Shown piece by piece: positions 42,501 to 54,500 of a DNA stretch of 64,000 bases. The notes under the pieces are model-generated. The model ran no database searches and had not been told where the DNA came from. It saw only the letters and a program-made list of their open reading frames with translations. Position 1 is the stretch's first letter. Each line of letters opens with the position of its first letter. Source of the DNA: Phoronis australis (Eukaryota; Animalia; Phoronida); NCBI GenBank assembly GCA_002633005.1, contig NMRA01000461.1, positions 294,864 through 358,863 on the forward strand, written 5' to 3'. The translations under genes and the position numbers were made by a program.

Positions 42501-45500
42501 ACTTTGATTTCTGTGCCCATTTAACCGAGGACTCTCGATTTCTATTCTACATGTACATGCGCATCTCACATCCGGTTTCTTTTAATCTCCCCGAAACGTT
42601 TTTCGGCATTTGCTGTTTATGACTACCGGAATGCACAGTTGACTTCTTTTTAATAGAGACAAACAAAACAAAAAAGATAAAATAATTTTTTCTAATAGCG
42701 TATTTGAGTTAACTGGTAAAATTTACATTTAAAAATGGTTTCATTGAAATCGACAGTCTTGTTAATTTGTTATGGATATACCTTTCTTAAACATGAAAAA
42801 GTAAATTAAAAAGGCGTTGACGTAGTATAAATGAAGGCACAAATACATCAGTTTAAACCATATTTTTATAATTGAGAATACTTTTTTTTTGAAAATGTAG
42901 TCTTTTATTTGTTGATAAAGCCTGTTTTTCGATATGCGAGTTAGAATGAAGACCACTCAATGAAATTTTACATAAACGAAAGTTACGACTCGTTGGACCA
43001 ATGCCTGCTCTGCGTTTGCTTTGAGCTCGACAAAGCTCTCTACGATCTATCAGGGAAACTTTGCTGGACCGTTGGAGGAAAGTATTTATTACCGTAAAAT
43101 TACGTGCGCAATTTAATAAACTTTAGTGGCGTTAAAAAATATTTGCGGCACAAACTAATTACTTTAGGCTGCTAAGTAACGTGCATGAAGTACTTTTTGT
43201 CAGAGGCGTAAAGTAATTCTTTCGGGGTAAAGTAATTATCTGAGGCGTAATTCAAAGTCTTGAAGTAATAGGTAATGAAGTTATTATTTGCCGCGAAATT
43301 AAACAGCGTAGCGGCGAAATGTATCTTCTTGCGACTTTAAGTTGACGTCACATTTTGTCAGTCAAAAAGTGAACTGATGAACTTTCAAACCTCTCATTGC
43401 TTTATACCTGTATAACGTTACGAGTTCCAGGCAAGTTGTTTGCCATTTACTTGACAAAAATGTGTGCTCTCATCAGCCAAAATCATCGATGACCAAGGCA
43501 GTATAGGCACTTCACTTTCGTTTCTAAATACATTGACTCCAGGCCAGTGGTGATTGAGTTTGCGCGCCACCTATCACATGAATGGCTTTAGGTTGCTTCA
43601 AAGGTGTTTTATATAAAATTTCAAATTTCGACTTGGTTTCAGAGGTAGGGTTTTGGAGGATAATATTTCCTACGGTGAAATAGGCTCTGCGTCCACCAGA
43701 AAAAGTTGAATTCACTGCATGCCGGTCAACGTGATTGGTGTAGATTATATCAACGATGGATTACGTGTAAAACGCAATAAATTGTGCAGAACGATATCAC
43801 CGTATTCTACCTTTGTTGCTAGCGATGTGTACGAGATATCGTTATATTTTCTAGCTTGCAAGATTTCCAGAAAAAAATCGAATTTAAAACAAAACGTTTT
43901 CATTGATCTTCCAAATATAGAAATGTAAATACATTAATGTAGCGTTTAAAATATAAGGTCTGTATCCTAAATACTCATCGCAGATTAGTGACACACGTTG
44001 TCGGAATCAGCAATATAACCAAGGCGTGTTAATTTTTTCACACCTTATTAGAAATGTTTTAAGTTTGAAAATCTAATGCTACAATTTGTTAACAGCTTCA
44101 ACTTCTAGTCCTACCACAATACCTCCTTACACGACATCGCCGACTACAACCAGAGTTACAGCCTCTGGTGAATATTTCAGACACAAAAGATGAGACTTAT
44201 CCGGAATATTTCGACTATATTGGTGGCTTCAGACGTCGCACATTAAGTTCCGTGACTTTCAAAGTTAATGATGTTTGGCTTCTGGAATGAGATTTTATTT
44301 TGCCCAAAAATGTTCATCTCTGGGAGAAATACCTTGCTTTGTCTTTTCCCGATAACTTAATTAGGATTGAAGGTTGTCTCATGCCATTGCCGTCTGAAAC
44401 CGGGGTGGATCTAGGATTTTGAGTTGGGGAGGAGGGACAGGGAAGAGTAGTAACCAGGATTTTGTCCGTCAGACATACGAACCACTGAAATGCCAAATGC
44501 AATGTGGAAGGATTTTAGTCTGGCCATGGAGAACTTGGCGCTCCTAAATCCGCCACTGACTTCAGAAAGTCCCGTGCGTACCTAGCTAACTGTTGGGGTC
44601 ATTACCAAAAATTATAACCCACCGATGAATAGTATAAGTATAGCAAAAACCCTCTTGCGATGAATGCCAGCCTTAGCTTGTCTCGCCAGGAGCTCACAAA
44701 TACACTAAAATGGTACGGGCGCACAGCGTTTGCTAGACATGTTGTTCATAAATGTCAAAAGAATTAGGAAGCAAGCTTGCATGTGCTCCATACAAGTTGT
44801 TTCGTAGATGGATTAAGCCACAGCTCAAAGGGGAAACACATTTATTATTATGATAGTTGTAGTTCGTTCAATTATCGTGTTGACGTTTTGTCAGTTCGGA
44901 CGGACATGCGATTTTTCTTTTGATGTGCATGACTTTCTTTACATAAGGGAGTAGTTACAAAATAAACCAATTTTCAACACCGGATGAGTCACATAGTACA
45001 ATGGGTGGGTCCCAGTTTAATCACTTCACCACTTGCGGGGTTTAGCTTCAGGCCAACCGACCGTTACAACGGTTTATGTAGTCATTTTGACATGCTTTAT
45101 CTACCCCCAAAAGTCGGTTTTAGGCATAACAGACCACCGCAGGCCCCGTTTTGGAAAGGATGATAAGGACATTAGGCTTTACACTGTGTTTGGGGTTGTC
45201 AGTTTTCGAACTATTTCTAGAGAACAAATTGGTGGATTCAATCAAACTGAAATGTGGGATTTATGGGGGAAATATGTCATCACCAGTCTGCCTCATTTTA
45301 GATGATGTACATGTAAGCAATCGAAATGGAGCCTGTTACAACAAGTGTTTTTGATTTCGTAGTTTATAACAATCGCAAACAATTGCATTTTCTGTCAATC
45401 GAAGGGTCCAATTCCTGTCAAATTTCTTTAAATGAAACCGACCAACACTCACGCAATACTTTTGGTTTGTTCATTAGCTAATAGTTACTAAATAAGGCAT

Positions 45501-48500
45501 TTTTCAACGCCAGAAGTCATACCTGAAGAAACACACGGAGACTGGGTCCATGCCTGCGTTCCAGTTTAGTCATTACTCAAAAAGCCGGGTTTGGTATGAA
45601 ATTACTCTTGTTATTCAAAAACAAAATAAAATACAAGCACCCATAAAACATTTCATGACCACGCTTTTTACAATATTCAAATTCCAGTTTTTATCTTGAA
45701 ATTTTGACATGTATTGTTGGACATTGAAATTGGGAGGCGCAAAACTGTCCTGTTTCGATTACAAGTAACGTACATTGCATGACCTCAAATATTCTATTGG
45801 CATTGATGCATCGTCGATGAATTAAAAAACTCGGCAAACTGCGAAGAAAGAAGTCAACTCATTCTACATTAGCTGCTTGTAAGTTATGCAAGATTTCGTT
45901 TTACTGTTCTAGTCTGCGTTGTTTGCCAGAACATCGTCTACTTTTAAATGCGTCTCCATATCCTTCTAAGAGTGACGATTCTATAATATTAGTTAGCCAA
46001 CAATCAATCCGATGTGATCTTTGAAGATGTAAGCAATAAATCCAAAATTTCCCAACGTTTGTACAGTTGAAAAACAGAGAAGAAAGGTCTTTGGCGTATT
46101 GCATGTAGATTTTCCACAAAGTATTTGAAATATTTCATTTTCGAAAATAAGGCCTACTGTTTTTTGATAGAGTCAACTCCTGCTCCTACCACACAGTCAT
46201 CTTCTACGACGTTGCCGCCCACGACAACGACTACACCTTCTGGTGAGTACACGTACCTAAAAGACTGACGACATAAAATGGTTGCAAGTGGCTAAAATGG
46301 TAGCCTCACATGTCGTTTGTGGGGTAAGTCTTGTTACTTCCAAAGTGGATAATGTTTGGCCTCGTGAATGAAGTTTCAGTCTACCCAGAAAGTGCATACC
46401 CCTGGGGGAATAGCATGTTACGGCATTCTCGAGAAGATGACGAAAACTGAAGACTATCCGAAGCTTGAGGTCTAAATCCCCCTAGAAACGATCTGACACT
46501 AGAGGTTGGCACTAGTAATAACGTTGGTAGACGCTTATGTATGCAGTACGAAGTGGTTATTACAAAGTCAGTCCCATCGTTTCTCGCTGGAGACTGATGA
46601 CCAAAATAACAAACAACTACTGTACACTGTATTTGAAATTTTATTTTCGCATATTAGTAAACGAATTTTGGAATATTTCATAGGATCAACGCCTAGTACT
46701 ACCAGCAAGCCTCCGACAACGACTTCAGGGCCTACAGTTCCTAGTAAGTAGTTATTTAAATGAACAAGACTACCGTCGTCAGGTCTTATTTTTGTATTGT
46801 CCGATGCTCTTGAAGCCGATAATTACCGACTGCGTGCACAGAGATTTTCGCTTGACTACGCATACATGTTGCAGAAAGCTGATTTGAATATCCCAAACTG
46901 AAATTTCCTTTAGGAACTGTTATCTCACAAGAAGGTCCCCAGGCCCAAAATTGACACCAAGTTTTCATTTAGACAGATCGCTTTTACTTATAATTCCTCT
47001 AGTGCGTACATAAAAAGCCGGTGGCTCGGACAAACACAGAGGAGAACATGTCTAAATTATAAAATAAGAGCATCTTACACAAGAATGTCAGATTCATTCC
47101 ACCATATTATCATTTGGTCTTTGAACCAACCCAGTCCGAACCGTCACTGCATTTTGTAAAAGCAGGTGGACCTTGAGGATTGAATAGACATTTATCGTCC
47201 CGACAGGACTTCAAGCAAATACACAACCAAGGATAGTAAACTCAGATCAGTGCCGCTCCACTCCCATATACTTAGAAAAATATAGCTCAACTAGAACACG
47301 TTCCTAAATTTAGCAAAATTCAATATCTGTTGTCGATCGTTTCTTTAACACAAAAATTCAGTGATCTAGATTTCGAGGATATCCTTTGAAATGAGATAAA
47401 GCATCTTATCAACAGCTGACAGTGAATATAGCACGGTTGACCGTGCATCATGTGTCAAAACGCTTTTCTATTTTGACGCTCCTCGTATATGTATATGTAA
47501 TTTCTTGGGTCGCTGAGCTTCTTTCAAGTTTTGACATATGTCCGGCGATGGCTTAACGGCTATGTGTACAGGGCACGTCATCGTATTGTTTCATGGTCAG
47601 CATTTTTTACTGCAGTATAAGTAGCTCTGTTTAATGCGTAGTTACTGAAGAGCACATTGCAATAATTGCAATGTGCTCTTCAGTAACTACGGGCCTGGGT
47701 TATGGTGTATTCTTAGGACACTAAAACCGGTTTTGGCTTAGTAACAGGTAATGACAGCGAATTTCACTTCGAGTTCTCTGAAAAAAAAATAGTGTCCAGT
47801 AACCCTCAAAGTTTTGGCACAAAAACTGAAAACTCAGTAGAGAATCTTCTAAACGAGCAATTGTAACCAACGCGGCACAATTTCAAAAGGCTCGGTTTGA
47901 TTCCGATCAGTCAAATTTGAGATTCGATGCTCCAAAGTAAGCCAAGTGGTCAACATCGTAATATTTTATAGTGCATAACCAATTCACGACATGAATATGA
48001 AACTTTTTAGTTGAAATATCGGCGGGCGACACTCATGAACGGCAACTGGATAGTTGCGTATTGAAAATTATGAGATTAGTCGCTGTTTAGCCCAAATGTT
48101 TGCTTTTGCGCCAAGTCTACAGTATGTGCAATTCATAATGTCCCTTCTTAGCGACCATGTACTATTTAGGAAAGGCGCAACCATTTAGTGTTACCCTTAG
48201 ATTCATTTAAACACAGTATGGTACTAGAATTGAGAAAGTTAATTCATTTTAGAGAATCCCTGAGCTATGCGTGGAAATGTGTCTCCTCTGATAAACACGA
48301 CGTTGGAAAATCTTTTGTGTTGTTTACTTTTCAGTGCACTAAATATTACGTGTTGCTCCTAAATTTAAATATTATGTATCTTCGTTTTTTTCGTAATTAA
48401 GTAGAAAAAATGTATAGACAGGAAAACACAAACCAAAATGCACTTAAAGTTCGAGCCCTCTCTTAGACTGAACAGTATGCTTCTTTCGTCACCATTAAGC

Positions 48501-51500
48501 TTTTTTGCAGTTGATGGGATATCATGCACCTTTGACGACGGCCACCTTTGTGGGTGGAAACAGGCTACTGATGACAACTTCGACTGGTCACCGAATTCCG
48601 TAAGTCAATTGTCACACGGTACACACCTTGGAGCCCTACCAGTCACGCAAATTTGTAAAAAACCTACACAGGCTAGGATGAACTGAAACAGTTTAGTGCA
48701 TAATTAGCGCACTTACCGGCATAAGGCAATCTGTTATTGCCTCTAAAACTTCACTTAAATATTGAACGAGCCAGTCTCAACACATACACGTGAACACGTG
48801 AGCCTTATGTTCTCCTAACAAGGCTTCGACGGGCGACAATTATCAAAATACATCTGGCAGTTATCCACTGGTTCTTGGGTCAAAATAAACCATGTAGTTT
48901 TGTGTATTGTCCACGTACAAATCCGAGGCTAATGAAGCGGAAACTTATTCCCAGCATGTATTTCCGAAGCACAAACCTAAATATCCCTCCGACAATGTCA
49001 CCTTGGTGCGTTTAGTGCCATAAGTACACATCAGCAATTTCCGTGGGACGTTACATGCTCAGGACTTCGTAAGTAAAGACTGCGCGAAAGAGGCCAAACC
49101 TGCCTATTTGATATCAAAATCGAAATTGTTCTGACGTTTCTGTTTTACTCTTCACTTTTGCTACCGGTGATAACCCAGCATTGTCATCCAAGGGCACACG
49201 CTCCTTATAAAAGAGGACTGGAACGCATTAAACGGACTGACTCGCAATATTGAAAGTGGTTCCATGCAACTGAAACATATTTCAACCTGTTCACGGGAAT
49301 TTTTTTTATATTTCCAAATTCTGATCAAATCATATCGTTTTCTTTTAGTTTCAAATCTCAAAAACGACCTATCAACTGCTCAGCAATTTGTCATTTTTTT
49401 TCCTCGAAGCAAAACACGTCTTCTTAATTGGTATGGCAGGACAAAGACAGTGCACAATCCCCTATAGTGTATATGCAAAGTGTGACCTTTGACCTCAAGC
49501 GACATTACGCAACTTACTGTGAGTGCATGTAGGCATTGATAATAAATGGGGCAGTTAAGAAACTCTGTGCTAATTACGCATTTTTTCTTGAAAAATCGTG
49601 AATTTGCGTGATTTTGGAATATCCTTAAGAGGAAGCAGTGGATTACTATATACTAGATTTTGGAAACGGTTATTTGATGAAGAATTGTTTAAAATATGTT
49701 TTTCCCGAGCGTTTGCTATCCATGCCTCTTTAAAACCCGCAACATTCAAGGCCTGTATTTTGGTGAAGCAATTGAAACATGTTGACTGAGTTTCAAAATT
49801 TGTCCACTGTCGCACACCAGTTATCTTCCTCGAATCACATTTTCGTAAGAAAACTCGTTTGACCTTAGATTAACCTGAAGCATGTCTTCGAATCATTTTT
49901 CGTGATCGTTATATTCGGTAACCGTCCAAATGATATCGCCGTATCTTTTGGCAGTTGCAAAACACGATCTTGCTTGATTGACCATGGTACCATTGACGCC
50001 TTGTTTAGGCGTTCGTCTTTCAATGTCGGAGTCCAAGGTTTTATCTAAAATTTGAATATATGATGAGGTTGAATAAACAAGCAGACGCAAGTAAGTTTGC
50101 CATTGAAGGTGACCGAGAGAGTATACACTGTACAGTATTGGCTCACCGATACTTGCTACCTGTCTACTTCCAGGGTGGCACATACTCACCTGATACAGGT
50201 CCTTCCGGCGGTGATCAGGGCACAGGATATATATACGCGGAGGTGACTCTCATTCCATTCTACAGCATCGCAAAGATTTACACGGAGTACTTTGCACGTA
50301 CGGTGATGAAATTGTCAATATATAGAATAATATTCGATCATACTAACATGTGAGAAGTGGGATACCAATGCCCCCCACTGGTCGTAGTTGGTTTTATGAC
50401 ACGGCTGCTCATAGTCTTCTCCAGAGAAGTTGCTTGTCTCATTGGATTAATTTCGTTTTAATTGGTTTGGCATAGTCTGATTCCTTATTGGTTTGTGCCT
50501 GAACACTATCTAATAACGAGTGGCGACATCTGAGGTCCGGGAGGCACTGATTAAAGAAGTTGTTAATGTTTTCACACATTGCTTGTTAATGCAGGAGAAG
50601 GTCGAACGAAAGTTAAAAAGAATCGCGGGGGCAGGGAGGTTGGGAGGGAGGGAAAAAGTGAGGAAGGGAGCGAGAAAGAGAGTGTTGGATGTAGATTGAG
50701 AAAGAGATGGTGCTGTGCTAGCGCAGCTGATTCTAAGGTACATGTAGACCTAGAACTGTCGGTTATTTGTATACCCTTGTAACACTTCCGAGGTGAGTAC
50801 GGAGCTAGAATGTGACCAGTTTGTTTCAAAAATTTGTCTGAATTAACACCGCTTCTTGGACGAATCGTTAACTTCCCAAAACTGTGTTTATATCTAACAT
50901 CATCGTAAAACTACATTCTCTTTCAGTTACGTACAATTGTTAGTTATTCTGAAAATCAAAACCCATTTTTCAGCTGGCAGTTATCGCTTCTCCTTCAAGT
51001 GGCACATGTACGGTGGTTATTTTATGGGGAATCTTACTTTGTCTATGGTAACAAAAAGTGGAAAAGAGACCATCTTATTCCAAAAGGCCGGTAACCATGG
51101 CGATGTTTGGCAATCAACTAGTGTCGACGTTGTTGCGAACGAAGAAACCAAGGTATACAGTATGTTCGGCATGTTATGAACTCTCTGGAGTGAGCATTCT
51201 TAGTTGAAAACCGACGACTAACATTGTCGTTTTGTCCAACAACAGCAAGTCATCGGAAGCATATGACTGTCATATGCTTAGTTCGCATAGTTACATCTTG
51301 GTACGGTTGTCAGGGAGTAAAATACATTTGTTAGGATGCACTTTTGACCTCAGTAAACCACGAACCGTAAGAGCCTTATCGGCGTTTGTCTGAAGGCATC
51401 TTTCTACTTCCTTCCGTACACTGCGCACTGGTGAACAAAAGAATTTGTTGGAATACACACTTTTTAGGCTTGCATTAGAAAATTTACAAGTTAATATAGT

Positions 51501-54500
51501 ATAGACAATAGTTATATCGATGCAGAGACACACACCAAACCCAAAACTGGGACAGTAACTTGTTGTGTAAGCATACTTATTGAACACCCGCGAGCCATTC
51601 CGTTTTACTGAAATCGTTTGATGTTAGACCTTTGTTTAAGATATTTTATTTGTTACAGCTTGTTATCGCTGGAACTAAAATACAAACTTGGCAAGGTGAC
51701 ATCGCACTGGACACGTTTGTTTTCGAAAAGAAGGTGCTTCTGTCATGCGACTTCGAGAATATGGTGCTCTGCAACGGATTTGCTAACGACCCAAACGCCG
51801 ACTACACATGGGTTACAAAAACTGTGAGTTGGTTTACAGTATGTGCCTGTTTTCTACATTTGAACGGTGGCGTGTTGCGGAATGCTACGCCAAAGGCACC
51901 AAGAGATTTGGCGCGACATTATGGCAAACTATAGAACGCTAATGATGCATTTACGTTCAATTTTCTGCAACAGTTCAACATCTGTGTCGTCCAAAGCCTT
52001 TAGTGGTTGCCATGTAACAAATGTGACACTATGAAGCCCTGGGCTATATTGCGAGACAAGTGAGACATTCTATTTACATGGGTGGTATTGCAGGACGGTT
52101 GGTACCATTGTTTGATCCTTTAAAAGGGCACTGTAGTCAGAATAATGTCGCAGTCGGTTCCAACATACGAGTATAACTCACACTTGCCCGAATTGCGCGC
52201 AAAACAAAAGCCGATTCGTATTAATGATCAAATTACTGAAATACTAACAGCGGTCGCTGATTGCAATGTACATGTAACTGAGTCGTGCCTGGTGGGGTAC
52301 CGACTCCTTCCGACAGTCATTGCTGTTGCCATATTGTAAAGAGTATTTGATCATTGTATCAGTCATTCTAATTCTTACTGTTTGCCAGAGTGCCATGCCT
52401 TTTTGTTTGGCTCCTGGTTGTACCACCTCTTCGAAAAAGGCGTCTTACTTCTAAGGGGATGGTCATCATATAGTCCTACCATCGCCGGGTTGCCCAAGCA
52501 TTTGGCACAAAGCTGTATAATAAACGTAGGCCTACAGGTTTGCGCCAATGGATAAATAATATCTCACTCAAAATTAGTGTCATTAAAACTACTCTCATCC
52601 TTGAGTGGGCCTAAATTAAATTATTATCAGGTGTTTGAAAAGTTAGCAATCATTAATCGGATGCTACTAAAATAGTGATGCTTTTTCTCGAGTCGGCTTT
52701 TGGTGATTACGTCACCAAATCTTTACCAGTATCTTTCCCTCCAATTCTTTTTATCAAAGTTTATTCGCTGCCGACACAAGGTTCCGTTCATGTCACCACA
52801 AATTATAGGAACTTGTTTTATTTCGTTAAACGTTTTTAGTATTTTAACTCCAGCAAAACCGAATCTTGGAACAAAACTTGCGGCTGCAAAGCTGTAACCA
52901 TTTCTCTGACGTCGCATTTTTTTAAGAAATGGCCCGTGCTTCTTGTCACGAGTGTGCTGTTTTTGAAAACCTTAAACCATTTTACATCGGACGTCACATT
53001 TTTCTTTGTTACAAAGGATGGTGAATTATACCGGAAAATGACGCTTGTTTTAATTTTAAACCGGCAGTTGCAACGAGTGTCAGATGACTACCACATACAT
53101 TGTATTGCACGCATCCCCGCCAGTCCGTTAGCTTACGACGAAGTGACGAGCGTACATGTACAAGTACATGTGTAGGTTACGTGTAGGTTAACTATACACG
53201 GTAGGCAACGGACTGTGTGGAATTTCGGGGTCTAACAGAGCTCAGCACACAGTGGTACGATAGTCTTCTTGCAGCTACTGTGTGTAGTCTGTAAATAACC
53301 AACCCTTCAAGTTTACAGAGCTGAGTATTGGCTTGCATCTGGCTGGCTAGATTACACACTATCCACATCCAAACCACAGTAAATTGTTGATGCGACTGGT
53401 TGCACCAGGAAATTTTCGTCTGGCGATTACAGTGGCAGGTTATGAGTTTGTGTTGACCCAGCTCAAACAAGTACATGTATCCATAGTGACCCGATATTTC
53501 CTTATAAAACTTCTTATCCAGATGATATGAAGAACGCCACTTCACTTCACACTAACACAGGATACAGAATTTACCCCCACCAACTAAATGTACGTCACAA
53601 GAAGCAGCGCTGCAAGCGGGAGATTTTTTTAGCTTTGTTAGAGAATATAAGTTCACTTTTTGTTGTTGAATTATTTGTGAAGTTAATCAGCGACTCATAG
53701 AAAACTACAGTATGCAAAATTATTTGATTACTTATGAACAGGTGGTTTTGAATAATGCCCTTCACAGTGTATGTTAAAGAGTAGTCTAGATTTAAACTTT
53801 AAAATAAATACCAAACTAAGTAACACATACATAACATACTGTTTAACCTTTTTTCTGCTGTGAAACTGAAGACCTTTTTGAGCACACGTTTGTACCTCGA
53901 CCAAGATCAGCAAACCCTCGACCAACGCCTTTTTTCTGTGGCCTGTTACGGGGCGATTATCAATGAAATCTCTTTCTAATTTGTCTAAATCACGGCAACT
54001 TATTGGGGAGGATCATAACTCCAGTAAATAACAAATCGACCGAAAGTTTAGTGTATTGCGTCAAATACTTAATAGCGGATTTGCAGCGACGCCATATTGA
54101 AATTAGGTTAAAATGGTGCATTGTGGGTGCTGTGGTCAGGATTCCGAAAGCAGCCATAGTAACAAGCATAATACGTGGTATGAGCGCGAAGAAAACTTAC
54201 ACTTGTTGTGTTCCTGGCTGCTTCCAAAACAACAAGAGAGATAAAAATATGAGTTTTTATGTGTTCCCTGCAAACCAAGAACTTCGTGAAAAATGGATAA
54301 ACAACATTAGGAGAGCTGGGAGTAAGGGGAGATTTAGCGCATTCAAACCAACGCGGGCCATCTACTGAGAAGGCAACACGTAGCCCCTCGGTTGGCCATA
54401 TAGGGGCTACAATACTTCCATTCGCTTTCTGTACTCATTTCGTTACTTCAGTGTATTTTAAACGGGCCGTGACCGGATTTGGGTTACCGATTTCGAGTTT

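Noticed and set aside
52395-52445. MPFCLAPGCTTS, resembling another THAP start
   Set aside because: Only about 15 codons; the rest of the domain is not recognisable
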